DNA of 64,000 bases from positions 14,133 through 78,132 of the forward strand of contig PEWV01000075.1 in assembly GCA_002780005.1 (NCBI GenBank). The letters are read 5' to 3'. The stretch's first letter is position 1. Each line of letters starts with the position of its first letter. Shown here piece after piece: positions 10,392-19,533 of this stretch. Source of the stretch: Candidatus Aquitaenariimonas noxiae. GTDB taxonomy: Bacteria > Omnitrophota > Gorgyraeia > Aquitaenariimonadales > Aquitaenariimonadaceae. Made by a program: the position numbers and the translations under genes. The notes under the pieces were generated by a model. It made no database searches. It was given only the letters and a program-made list of their open reading frames with translations, and was not told the DNA's origin.

Positions 10392-10991
10392 TTAAGAAAA
10401 TAGGTCCGAGACCTGTAGAATATTACGAAGCCTTATTTTTGTCCTGAAATAAACGGTATTGTTATTGGATGAGAGCGACATGTCAATTTGCACAAATCTT
10501 ATGTCAGTCGCCTGCGGGCTTACTAAAGGAGCTGGGATAACGTCTCCGTTCCCATCCAGGTATGAGAAGGTAAACGAGGAAACGTTTGAAACAAGCGTGT
10601 CGGCTGTGCCGTTATAGCTTCTTTCCAGATTTGATCCGTTAAGCTGGAATTGCATAGTATTATTATCTATGTCGACGAAACTATAGGAGGTAGCATTAGC
10701 TGTGATTACGCTTGTATTGTTTTTCAGACGACGTATCTCACGGCTCATTCTTCTAAAAGCTGTCTCGGCGCTTTGTGATAAATCTTTCCTATGTATGCTG
10801 TACTTATATGAGTCAACCAATTTAATAGCAACAGGGCCGCCGATACCTACTAATAGGCCTATGATAACTATGACCATTATTAGCTCGATCAGAGTAAACC
10901 CCGTTAGAGATGGGTTGTGTTCACCCATCGGACCTTTAATAGTGCTACGTTTAATGAAAAATTTACTTTTATCAATAATTATCTTGACCAT
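10392..10991 (-). CDS. minor (pseudo)pilin with prepilin-type N-terminal cleavage/methylation domain; 30-aa leader
   Basis: Leader ...EHNPSLTG then FTLIELIMVIVIIGLLVG (G-1, F+1, E+5). Confidence 0.8.
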   Translation of the reverse strand: MVKIIIDKSKFFIKRSTIKGPMGEHNPSLTGFTLIELIMVIVIIGLLVGIGGPVAIKLVDSYKYSIHRKDLSQSAETAFRRMSREIRRLKNNTSVITANATSYSFVDIDNNTMQFQLNGSNLERSYNGTADTLVSNVSSFTFSYLDGNGDVIPAPLVSPQATDIRFVQIDMSLSSNNNTVYFRTKIRLRNILQVSDLFS

Positions 10992-11091
10992 TTTTAGTAA
11001 GATATATTTTTATCTCTAACGGGGTAAACCCGTGCTTAGGTTTTAGGTGATAGGTTATAGGTGATAGGTGTTTTAACATTTTTAAATAGAA

Positions 11092-11568
11092 TCAGTTATT
11101 GGTTGCCAGCGTTACTGCCTCAACACTGGGAAATCCCGGGCGCGAAACTGTTATTTGGATTCTTTTATAGTTTGTAGAAGGGCTAGCGCTCAGCGTATTT
11201 AAATTTCCGCTGTCTACATAATAATAACTCACTTGATGTGAATAATCGCTGAAATTACCCGTGTACTCGGTCGGGCCCTCATTAACAACGTTAGAAAATC
11301 TCAAGTTCGTCACGCGTTCCAATTCGCTTTCTAATAGCGAAGACACTGCTATAAAATGTTCCGGTAAAAATGCGTTTTGCACTGATTCTATAATTACAAC
11401 CGAGACGGGAATTAATATAACAGAAGCAATAACGATCGTCATTATTAATTCTATAAGAGTAAGCCCTTTATCGGAGTTTCGATATTTCCCGCTTTTGCGG
11501 GATCCCGCACATGTATGTCCAAGGCTTGGTATAGGCGGGACGTATTTCGAATTTCGTATTTTTCTCAC
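11092..11568 (-). CDS. minor (pseudo)pilin; 34-aa leader
   Basis: ...NSDKG then LTLIELIMTIVIASVILIP. ATG overlaps the stop of the upstream pilin (ATGA), supporting this start. Confidence 0.75.
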   Translation of the reverse strand: MRKIRNSKYVPPIPSLGHTCAGSRKSGKYRNSDKGLTLIELIMTIVIASVILIPVSVVIIESVQNAFLPEHFIAVSSLLESELERVTNLRFSNVVNEGPTEYTGNFSDYSHQVSYYYVDSGNLNTLSASPSTNYKRIQITVSRPGFPSVEAVTLATNN

Positions 11569-12119
11569 TGTATATACACCCTGCCTGTTCCTCTCTCAAC
11601 CATTATATTTTTAGGACCTGTGATCGTTACGTTAGCCGGATTATTAAGCGCGGTACCACTGCCAGAACCGGCATCATAGCTATAGGGGTCCCCCCATTTG
11701 TCAAATGCCAGATCCTTATTGTTGTCATTAAAATAGACCTCTGTTATGTCAATGCCTTGGAATTCGCTCTCGTTAAACTGAACGGTGTAGTTATTTTTCG
11801 TTAATGGGTTGATCACTAAACTCCAATTTCCCGGGGTATCTTCTATGTAGACTGAGTAGCGATGTTGTGACGTGCTAAATGAGATCCGAGTCCTTTTTTG
11901 AATACTTACGGCTAGCGATTGCGCGTATCTTATGTCCGATTGAATTTTTTGCGCTGCCATATCCGAGCGCATAGCCGGCATATCGACCATCCTTGCGCTT
12001 GCCAGAACAGCCAAAATGCCGATAATGGCCATTACCATTATAAGCTCGAGAAGGGTAAACCCCGTTAGAAAGGCCCTACCCTTTTCATCAGGAATTGAAA
12101 TTCTGTTTGTTTCATCCAT
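11565..12119 (-). CDS. minor (pseudo)pilin (GspH/FimT-like); 19-aa leader
   Basis: ...GRAFLTG then FTLLELIMVMAIIGILA. Confidence 0.8.
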   Translation of the reverse strand: MDETNRISIPDEKGRAFLTGFTLLELIMVMAIIGILAVLASARMVDMPAMRSDMAAQKIQSDIRYAQSLAVSIQKRTRISFSTSQHRYSVYIEDTPGNWSLVINPLTKNNYTVQFNESEFQGIDITEVYFNDNNKDLAFDKWGDPYSYDAGSGSGTALNNPANVTITGPKNIMVERGTGRVYIQ

Positions 12120-12234
12120 ACTATCTATAAATCGCGCACCCCATTAAAAAGCATCTTTGTAATGAGATAAAGCTTTCTAACGGGGTAAACCCTCGTTTCA
12201 TATATAACATTTTCGGATGCTTCCCAATTACAGA

Positions 12235-12608
12235 TTACTGCTCGACAAATGAACCGTCGACATTGGAGTACGCATAAATGCCTCCGGCCGGACCAACGTA
12301 TTGGCTTGAGGCGTTTTTGGTCCACTCGCTTGTTATGCCGCCCTGGGAAAGAACCACAGTGAAAAACGCATTCGCCTTTGAGGCTGTCGAACTAGCAGCG
12401 GCAGCATCTAAATTGGCCGGCCATGCCTTATTTTGAGCGTAATAGGTATGGATACCTGCCCTGACGCCTCCTACCACACCCTTCTCGGCGGCTGATTTGG
12501 CATCGTTTTGCAGATCATAATATTTTGGGATCGCAACTGCTGCCAAAATACCCAATATAACAATAACCATGACTAATTCTATGAGCGTAAAACCCTTTTT
12601 CCGAACAT
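12235..12608 (-). CDS. pilA: major type IVa pilin (PilA-like), apparent +1 frameshift between SD-led ATG and the pilin frame
   Basis: GGAGGTAAAAATG at 12608 is 1 nt out of frame with the pilin body (KKGFTLIELVMVIVILGILAAVAIP...). One extra A in the A5 run (T5 at 12596-12600 on the plus strand) would give the classic leader MFGKKG/FTLIEL. ORF-track ORF 12235..12570 starts only at the internal Met. Confidence 0.6.
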
Positions 12609-12734
12609 TTTTACCTCCGTCAGGATTAATTTCAGCTCTTCATATTCTCTTTTTCTTTAACCGATCACCCCCCTAGCAAACCGTAATAAAAGTTATTTTC
12701 GGATCCAAAAATCGTTAAACCGCGTTTCGCCCTC

Positions 12735-12760
12735 ATATATTATCACTATATATTATCACT
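12735..12760. repeat. perfect tandem 13-mer ATATATTATCACT x2 spanning the pilC stop codon, about 125 nt upstream of the pilA ATG
   Basis: 12735-12747 and 12748-12760 are identical. Confidence 0.8.
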
Positions 12761-13967
12761 TAAACAATGACATCATATTCCACATCGGCAAAAATATGCC
12801 CAATGCCATGAATAGCACGCCGCAACCTAAGGCAAGTATGAGCACGGGTTCGATCAATGTCGTAAGATTTTTTACGGTATGGTCCGTTTGTGAGTCATAG
12901 TAATCAGATACGTATAAAAGCAACTCATCTACTTTACCCGTCGCCTCTCCGGAAGCGACCATTTGCACTACGATCGGAGGGAACATGCCGCACATTTTCA
13001 TGGGCTCAGACATACCCTTACCTTCATTCACGCTTACTTTTATAATATTAATGGCGCGGGCGATAACAACATTCCCTATGCTTCTTGAGACGAGATCCAA
13101 GATCTGCAATATGGGCACGCCGCTTTTTGTGAGGGTCCCTGTGATACGCGCAAACCTGGACATCGTGATCTTTGTAAAAAGCGGCCCGAAAACCGGAATT
13201 TTTAATTTCAGGCCGTCCCACCAGAACCTGCCGATCTCGGTTTTTACAAACCTGCTGAAACCGAATACAAAAGCTCCTATAACAGTAAGAATAAGCCACC
13301 AAAAATTGATAATAGCATAATGTATGCCTATAAGAACGCGCGTCGGCAAAGGCAGCTCTACATTAAACTGGCTGAATAAGCTCGCAAACCTGGGTATTAT
13401 AAACGTGGTCAAGATCATGAACGCTACTAAGAGCGCCGTTACTACCATAAGAGGATAGCGCGTAGCGGTCATTATCTTTGCCCTTGTCTCTTCTTCGTGC
13501 TCGCCAAGTATAGCGAGCCTGCTCAAGATCTCATCAAGCGTCCCGCTGACCTCTCCGGCCTTCACCATGCTGACATACAGACCATTAAAAACTCTCGGGT
13601 GCTTAGCCAAGGCATCCGAGAAATGCGAACCGGCTTCGATATCTTTTATTATACTCTCGATGGTTGCCTTTAAGATATCGCTACTACTCTGATCCCTGAT
13701 GGCGCTAAGGCTTGTCAAGAGCGGAAGGCCTGATTTCTGCAAAGTCACCAACTGCATCGTGAACATATTCAAGTCAGAAAATCTGACCCTTTTAAATCTC
13801 ATAATAAATTTATCTAAGCCGATCTCTCTTATTTTTTCTTTGATCGAAATAGGCACATAATTCATTTGCTTCAATTTGGAGCCGGCTAATTCTGCGTTAT
13901 CGGCTTCTATAATACCGATCGCCTGTTTTCCGAATTTGTCCCTGGCCTTATACTCAAAAATAGCCAT
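12756..13967 (-). CDS. pilC: type IV pilus platform protein PilC (GspF family)
   Basis: 403 aa; duplicated GspF domains; three TM segments. Confidence 0.9.
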   Translation of the reverse strand: MAIFEYKARDKFGKQAIGIIEADNAELAGSKLKQMNYVPISIKEKIREIGLDKFIMRFKRVRFSDLNMFTMQLVTLQKSGLPLLTSLSAIRDQSSSDILKATIESIIKDIEAGSHFSDALAKHPRVFNGLYVSMVKAGEVSGTLDEILSRLAILGEHEEETRAKIMTATRYPLMVVTALLVAFMILTTFIIPRFASLFSQFNVELPLPTRVLIGIHYAIINFWWLILTVIGAFVFGFSRFVKTEIGRFWWDGLKLKIPVFGPLFTKITMSRFARITGTLTKSGVPILQILDLVSRSIGNVVIARAINIIKVSVNEGKGMSEPMKMCGMFPPIVVQMVASGEATGKVDELLLYVSDYYDSQTDHTVKNLTTLIEPVLILALGCGVLFMALGIFLPMWNMMSLFK

Positions 13968-13968
13968 C

Positions 13969-15654
13969 TTATTCCTCTTCTGTCTTAGTTACCCTTAAAA
14001 CCTCTTCTACGGTCGTAATCCCTTCTTTTGCCTTTGATATGCCGTCGGAAAATAATGTGCCCATGCCTTTAGAGATCGCTATTTTTCTTATTTCGTCAGC
14101 CGAGGCCTTGGCGACTATAAGCTTTCTTATATCTTCGTCCATGATCAATAATTCAAATATGCCTATCCTGCCTGCAAAGCCTGTCCCCCTGCAAGACGCG
14201 CAGCCCTTTCCTCTATAAAATATCATTTTACCTTTAAGGCCCAGGTCTTTCAGCACTTCATCTGAAGGCGTGTGGTTTTCTTTGCATTTGGGACAAACGG
14301 CTCTTACAAGCCTTTGGCCCAGGATCCCCATAACAGAACTTGAAATCAAGAACGGTTCCACGCCCATATCTAAGAGCCTGGCAAGTGCGCTTGGGGCGTC
14401 GTTTGTATGTAGGGTAGAAAACACGAGATGCCCCGTAAGCGCCGCCTGGATCGAGATATCCGCAGTCTCCTTATCCCTTATTTCGCCGACCATAACAACA
14501 TCCGGGTCCTGCCTCAATATACTTCTAAGCCCTGCGGCGAACGTTAATCCGGCCTTTGGATTAACCTGCGTTTGCCTTATAAGAGGCAGCTCGTATTCTA
14601 CCGGGTCCTCAATAGTAATTATATTTTTTTCCATCGAATTGATCGTTGATAACGCGCCGTATAGAGTTGTCGTCTTGCCGCTGCCGGTAGGGCCTGTAAC
14701 CAATATTATCCCGTTTGGTTGATGAATAAGCTTCTCGAACTTTTTTAGGTCGCCTTTTGAGAGGCCAAGTTCGGGCAATCCCAATAGCGCCGTTGATTTA
14801 TCCAACAATCTCATAACGACATTTTCGCCGTGTATCGTCGGAAAACTTGAAACTCTTATATCGATATCGCGGTCTTCTTTCTTTAATTTGATCCGCCCGT
14901 CCTGCGGTTTTCTCTGTTCCGCTATATCCATCTTGGCTAAAATTTTTATCCTGGAAATAACCGCGCTCTGCAGGTGTTTCGGTATAACGTTTATCTCGTG
15001 CAAAATGCCGTCTATGCGATACCGTATCCTCACAGCCGTATCATCCGGTTCAATATGTATATCGCTAGCCCTATCCTTTACTGCCTGGGTGATCATCAAA
15101 TTAACCAATTTTATTATAGGCGGCTCGCCGGCCACCTCGCTTATATCTTTCAAGCCGCCCTTTGCCTTCGTTTCAAATTTCGCCTTATCGATATCTTTTA
15201 TTAATTCATCCACAGTTCCTATTACCCCGTAGTATGAATCCAAAACTTTCTGGATCCCCCGCTCACTCACCAATACGGTATCTACGGAATCTATTTTCGC
15301 CTTTAATCGTATTTCGTCAATCGCGATAATATCCTGAGGGTCAACCATTGCTAATGTAAGAGCATTGCCGATCTTAAATAACGGGACGGCCTTATGTTTT
15401 TTTGCCAGGGTTTCCGGAACAAGCTTTATCACCTCTTGATCTATTATGTAATCGGTCAGATCTATATAAGGAATGTCTAAGGTATCGGCAATGGTGCTCG
15501 CTATCTCTTCCTCGGTAATATAGCCTAATTTCTCGAGCGCCTTTTCCAGGGGAAGGCCCGTCTTTTTCACTTCCTCTCTGGCGCGTTCGATCTGGTCCCT
15601 AGTAATCAGGCCTTTTTTTATAAGTAATTCCATAGCTTCTTGGGTTTTTGCCAT
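13969..15654 (-). CDS. pilB: type IV pilus assembly ATPase PilB (GspE family) with GSPII_E_N/MshEN-like N-terminal domain
   Basis: Walker A GPTGSGKTTT; Asp/His boxes; C-terminal tetracysteine (CPKCK...CASCRGTG). N-terminus LLIKKGLITRDQIERAREE / LEKLGYITEEEIASTIADTL resembles MshEN repeats. Confidence 0.9.
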   Translation of the reverse strand: MAKTQEAMELLIKKGLITRDQIERAREEVKKTGLPLEKALEKLGYITEEEIASTIADTLDIPYIDLTDYIIDQEVIKLVPETLAKKHKAVPLFKIGNALTLAMVDPQDIIAIDEIRLKAKIDSVDTVLVSERGIQKVLDSYYGVIGTVDELIKDIDKAKFETKAKGGLKDISEVAGEPPIIKLVNLMITQAVKDRASDIHIEPDDTAVRIRYRIDGILHEINVIPKHLQSAVISRIKILAKMDIAEQRKPQDGRIKLKKEDRDIDIRVSSFPTIHGENVVMRLLDKSTALLGLPELGLSKGDLKKFEKLIHQPNGIILVTGPTGSGKTTTLYGALSTINSMEKNIITIEDPVEYELPLIRQTQVNPKAGLTFAAGLRSILRQDPDVVMVGEIRDKETADISIQAALTGHLVFSTLHTNDAPSALARLLDMGVEPFLISSSVMGILGQRLVRAVCPKCKENHTPSDEVLKDLGLKGKMIFYRGKGCASCRGTGFAGRIGIFELLIMDEDIRKLIVAKASADEIRKIAISKGMGTLFSDGISKAKEGITTVEEVLRVTKTEEE

Positions 15655-15696
15655 TTTGGTCTCCCAATAACATTTGATGCTTCGATGTTTCCCGGA

Positions 15697-16623
15697 TCAC
15701 ATGTTTTTCGGAAGCGTGAAAATAAAATTCGAGAATTTTCCTTTTTCCGATAAAACCCAGATTTTCCCCTTGTGGGCGTCAATAATGTTTTTCGCGATAG
15801 CCAGACCAAGCCCTATACCTGAAGATTTGAACTCTATATTGCCCGATGAATGTTTATCTATGTCGCCGATACCGTAGAAACTCTCAAATATGCTCCCCAA
15901 TTCATCTTTTGGTATACCTATACCGTTATCCTCTACCTCAACGCGTATATTATCTTCCTCATCTTTCGCCCGTATGGTTATTCTGCCCTTGTCCGGAGTA
16001 AATCTTATCGCATTAAGCAGAAGGTTTACCAACACTTGCCGCATACTGTTCCTGTCCATCATAACATGCGGTATGTCCCTTTCAATATCGACAATTATTT
16101 CCTGATTTCTTTTCTTAATAAAAGACATGATATCGCCGGCTGTCGATCTGATAATCACTTCTATAGATGAGGGCTGCAATCTTTTATCAAATCCGCTTGG
16201 AATGTCCAGATATATTTTCGAGAGATCGCTTTTTATTTCTTCCAATCTATTGCAATACTTAACCATTACATCCAGAGCGGTTTTCTGTTCTTCTGTCAGA
16301 GGCCCCAGCGATTTATCCGTGATTAAATTAACATAACCTTTTATAATAGTAATCGGTGTAGCGAGTTCATTTGAAATTGTAAAAGCTGCTTTGGACTTTA
16401 TTTCATGCAGCTTTTCTTTCTCGCCGTAAAGCCGCAGAATATTATATTTTTCTTCCATACTATCAAGCCAAAACAAAAAGAGTAACACGATCGCAAGCGC
16501 GACAAATAAATCCGCAGGCATGATTTGTACCTTTTGATAAACGAATATACTCGTAAGCCGAACCGTTAAAAGCAGGACGCCAACGGCAACTAACGCTACC
16601 TTACGTCTGGATTTTATATGCAT
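15697..16623 (-). CDS. membrane histidine kinase without extracytoplasmic sensor domain (2 TM, HisKA, HATPase_c)
   Basis: H-box ELATPITIIKGY; G-boxes DNGIGIP and GIGLGLAIAK. Confidence 0.8.
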   Translation of the reverse strand: MHIKSRRKVALVAVGVLLLTVRLTSIFVYQKVQIMPADLFVALAIVLLFLFWLDSMEEKYNILRLYGEKEKLHEIKSKAAFTISNELATPITIIKGYVNLITDKSLGPLTEEQKTALDVMVKYCNRLEEIKSDLSKIYLDIPSGFDKRLQPSSIEVIIRSTAGDIMSFIKKRNQEIIVDIERDIPHVMMDRNSMRQVLVNLLLNAIRFTPDKGRITIRAKDEEDNIRVEVEDNGIGIPKDELGSIFESFYGIGDIDKHSSGNIEFKSSGIGLGLAIAKNIIDAHKGKIWVLSEKGKFSNFIFTLPKNM

Positions 16624-16637
16624 TTTATCATCTCTGG

Positions 16638-17006
16638 CTATTTTCCTATTAATTCATGTATCTTAGAGATCAATACCGAAGGCTCAAAGGGCTTCGTTAT
16701 ATACCCATCGGCCCCGACCTCTTCACCAAGTTTCTTATCCGATTCCTGCGCCCTGGCCGTAAACATAAGTATGGGTATTTTCTTATATTTTTCATCAAAT
16801 TTAAGCATGCGGCAAACCTTGTATCCGTCAATTTTAGGTAACATCAAATCCAGTATAATCAGATCGGGCTTCTCTTTACGCGCCTTTTCAAGTGCCTCTT
16901 GGCCGTCGCCGGCTGTCAGCACAATATAGCCATTAGCCTGGAGCCTTAACTTAACCATTTCAACTAATTGAATTTCATCGTCCACTACCAAGATTTTTTT
17001 ACCCAT
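16638..17006 (-). CDS. stand-alone CheY-like response regulator receiver
   Basis: 122 aa; ILVVDDE ... LDLMLPKIDG ... T/K motifs; no output domain. Confidence 0.85.
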   Translation of the reverse strand: MGKKILVVDDEIQLVEMVKLRLQANGYIVLTAGDGQEALEKARKEKPDLIILDLMLPKIDGYKVCRMLKFDEKYKKIPILMFTARAQESDKKLGEEVGADGYITKPFEPSVLISKIHELIGK

Positions 17007-17410
17007 TATTTGTCTCGTTTTTTGGCCCCTTTATACTTATCGGCCATCCTTGAAGCACTAAATATATTAGCAAGTTCTTCTTTCAGGTCATTTGTCTTAA
17101 CAATGAAACCTGAGGCATCCAGCTTTTCGGCCAGATTAAATCTTTCCTCGTTGGAAAATGCCGTTACTATAAACACCGGCAAATTTTTGTCGCGCTTTCT
17201 TATCTTTTTTAACACCTGCAACCCGTTAAGGCCCGGCATCATTATATCAAGCAGCACGGCATCCGGTTTTTCATCTTTGATCTTTTCCAAAGCGCCTTTC
17301 CCGTCGCTAGCCGTAATCACATCATACCCGCTAGATTCTAATCTTAACTTTATCATTTCTACAAAATCAGGCTCGTCATCCACTACTAATATTTTTTTTC
17401 CCATGTTCAC
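17006..17410 (-). CDS. stand-alone CheY-like response regulator receiver
   Basis: 134 aa receiver only; start overlaps the upstream kinase stop. Confidence 0.85.
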   Translation of the reverse strand: MNMGKKILVVDDEPDFVEMIKLRLESSGYDVITASDGKGALEKIKDEKPDAVLLDIMMPGLNGLQVLKKIRKRDKNLPVFIVTAFSNEERFNLAEKLDASGFIVKTNDLKEELANIFSASRMADKYKGAKKRDK

Positions 17411-19161
17411 CTGCTTTTTTTATTTTTTAATTCCCGTTTACCTTTTCCCGGAATTCCCGTTCTGGCCTTATGCAATAACGCCTCATCCGTTATGGCGTCA
17501 TCCGGATAAGTGGCATTACCGAGCAGGACACGAATTTTCCCAAACCATTCTTTTTTGTTCTCCGATAAATAAGCATTGATCGCTTTTTCGATCCTATCCC
17601 TCACGACTTTAACGTTCTCTTTTGAGGTATCAACTAAAAAAACCATCAACTCGCCCGTATCTCTTAAGACGGTATCCGCCTGCCGCCTAAGCGAGCCGGC
17701 AACAACCTTTTCTATGCCCTTAAGTAAACTATGAAACTTATCGCAACCTAATCCTTTTTGCAACTTATCAAAATCTTTTATTCTAATAATTACTACCGAC
17801 AGAGGAATGTTCTTTTCGGATGTTTCCTTTATTTTATTATTAAGATACTCCCTGAACACGGACTCTACTTCCATTTTTGGAAGGTTAAAAGTAAATTCAG
17901 AGCCTTTATTAACTTCGCTCTCAACCATCACTGTTCCTTTATGCAGCTCGACGAGCTGTTTGACAATGCTAAGGCCGAGGCCCGTTCCTTTGGCCCCGGC
18001 GCCGGCAGCTCTATTAAACTGCTGAAACTTATTAAACACCCTCGGCAGGTCTTCTTTGGCAATACCTACGCCCGTGTCCGAAACCGAGATCTCCACTTCA
18101 TCCTTCTTGTCTTTCAGCTCGATTATAATCTTGCCTTTTTCAGGGGTGTATTTTATGGCATTCGAGATCAAATTATTCATAACCTGCGCTATTTTATCAG
18201 CGTCAATATACATGTTCACCTGTTCGTCGGGCACTAAAACTTTGAGCTCTTGGCCTTTCTTGTCAAACTCGGATTTCCATCTAATACACATATCCCTCAT
18301 CATAGCTGCAAAATCCACAAGGGCCCTTTTCAACTCGATCTTACCAGTCTCTATTTTTGATATGTCCAATAAATCATTTATAATACGCGCCAGTCTGTCA
18401 ACATTCTCTTTACTCATTGAAAGGACGTTTTTTTGTTTTTCGTTTATTTTTCCCAGCACCTCATCAAGGGTAAGCGCTAGGCCTTCTTTTATAATAGACA
18501 AGGGTGTACGCAACTCGTGAGAAACCGTAGAAACAAAATCGGACTTCAATTTATCTATTTTTTGGAGCTCTTTATTCTTTTGTTCCAGTTCTTTATAGAG
18601 AAGCTTTATGCCTTCGTTTGCCTTTTTAAGGCCCCATGCCTGCACTTCTAATTCATCCTTAGCGTCTTTAAGCGCCGTCATAGCATTTTTTCGTTCGGTT
18701 ATATCTTCGGCAACTTCAACGAAATGGGTAATTTCTCCTTTTGAATTTGTAATAGGCGAAATTGAGGCCATTTCCCAATATAATCCGCCGTTCTTCATCT
18801 TATTATGAAATTCTCCGCGCCATTCTTTACCCGAGATAATAACTTCCCATAATTCTTTATATACTTCGGGAGGCTGGTCGCCTGCTTTTAGAACACGCAG
18901 GTTTTTCCCCTTAACCTCCTTAAGCGCATAACCTGTCAGTTCGGTAAATTTAGGGTTCACGTATTCAAGATTGCCGTTTTTGTCTGTAATAACAACGGTG
19001 CTCGGGCTGTGCTGAACGGCGCGGGAGAGGATATAAACCTCTTCATTGAACTTATTCTTTTTAGAAAGGGCTGCTTCGAGCTTCCTTACCAGTTTTTGAA
19101 GAGTTTCTATTCTTTTGATAGGTTTTTTGTCTGGCTCTTTTTTATTTTTACTTTTTACCAT
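17407..19161 (-). CDS. PAS-sensor histidine kinase with C-terminal degenerate GGDEF-like domain
   Basis: Coiled-coil, PAS, HisKA (H-box SHELRTPLS), HATPase_c. C-terminal roughly 150 aa follow the GGDEF fold pattern, with RQAD (I-site-like RxxD) then DTGEL in place of GGDEF. Confidence 0.7.
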   Translation of the reverse strand: MVKSKNKKEPDKKPIKRIETLQKLVRKLEAALSKKNKFNEEVYILSRAVQHSPSTVVITDKNGNLEYVNPKFTELTGYALKEVKGKNLRVLKAGDQPPEVYKELWEVIISGKEWRGEFHNKMKNGGLYWEMASISPITNSKGEITHFVEVAEDITERKNAMTALKDAKDELEVQAWGLKKANEGIKLLYKELEQKNKELQKIDKLKSDFVSTVSHELRTPLSIIKEGLALTLDEVLGKINEKQKNVLSMSKENVDRLARIINDLLDISKIETGKIELKRALVDFAAMMRDMCIRWKSEFDKKGQELKVLVPDEQVNMYIDADKIAQVMNNLISNAIKYTPEKGKIIIELKDKKDEVEISVSDTGVGIAKEDLPRVFNKFQQFNRAAGAGAKGTGLGLSIVKQLVELHKGTVMVESEVNKGSEFTFNLPKMEVESVFREYLNNKIKETSEKNIPLSVVIIRIKDFDKLQKGLGCDKFHSLLKGIEKVVAGSLRRQADTVLRDTGELMVFLVDTSKENVKVVRDRIEKAINAYLSENKKEWFGKIRVLLGNATYPDDAITDEALLHKARTGIPGKGKRELKNKKSR

Positions 19162-19164
19162 TTT

Positions 19165-19530
19165 TTAAATAAATTTCTTGGCCGCCTTAAGCAGGCACGA
19201 ACAATCGCTTGTTTTGACGCAATAATCGTCTGCGCCTGCCTTCCGGGCTTTTACAGCATCTATAGCGTCTATAGAACCGGTCGTCACTATGATCTTGGGC
19301 TTAGCGCTGCCGTATTTTTCCCTGATCTTGCGGCAGACATCAAAACCTTCTCCGTCGGGAAGCATCGTGTCTATTATTACCAAATCCGGATTTACCGATT
19401 CCGCTCTCTCGATACCCTCTTTACAGCTCTCTGCTGTAAAAATCTCTCCGTAATTGGCTTTGGTGAAAAATCTTGTTATAATTTTCCTATCCTGCTCATT
19501 ATCGTCTATAACCAAAATCTTAACTTTCAT
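19165..19530 (-). CDS. stand-alone CheY-like response regulator receiver
   Basis: 121 aa receiver only. Confidence 0.85.
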   Translation of the reverse strand: MKVKILVIDDNEQDRKIITRFFTKANYGEIFTAESCKEGIERAESVNPDLVIIDTMLPDGEGFDVCRKIREKYGSAKPKIIVTTGSIDAIDAVKARKAGADDYCVKTSDCSCLLKAAKKFI

Positions 19531-19533
19531 ATA

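Noticed and set aside
11040-11075. GGTGATAGG repeats considered as a CRISPR or tandem array
   Set aside because: Only two to three short copies with no regular spacer structure. Better explained as a promoter-proximal binding-site array.
12125-12325. 66-aa minus-strand ORF overlapping the 3' end of the major pilin and the motif element
   Set aside because: Overlaps a well-supported pilin CDS in another frame and the intergenic motif; no SD or homology.
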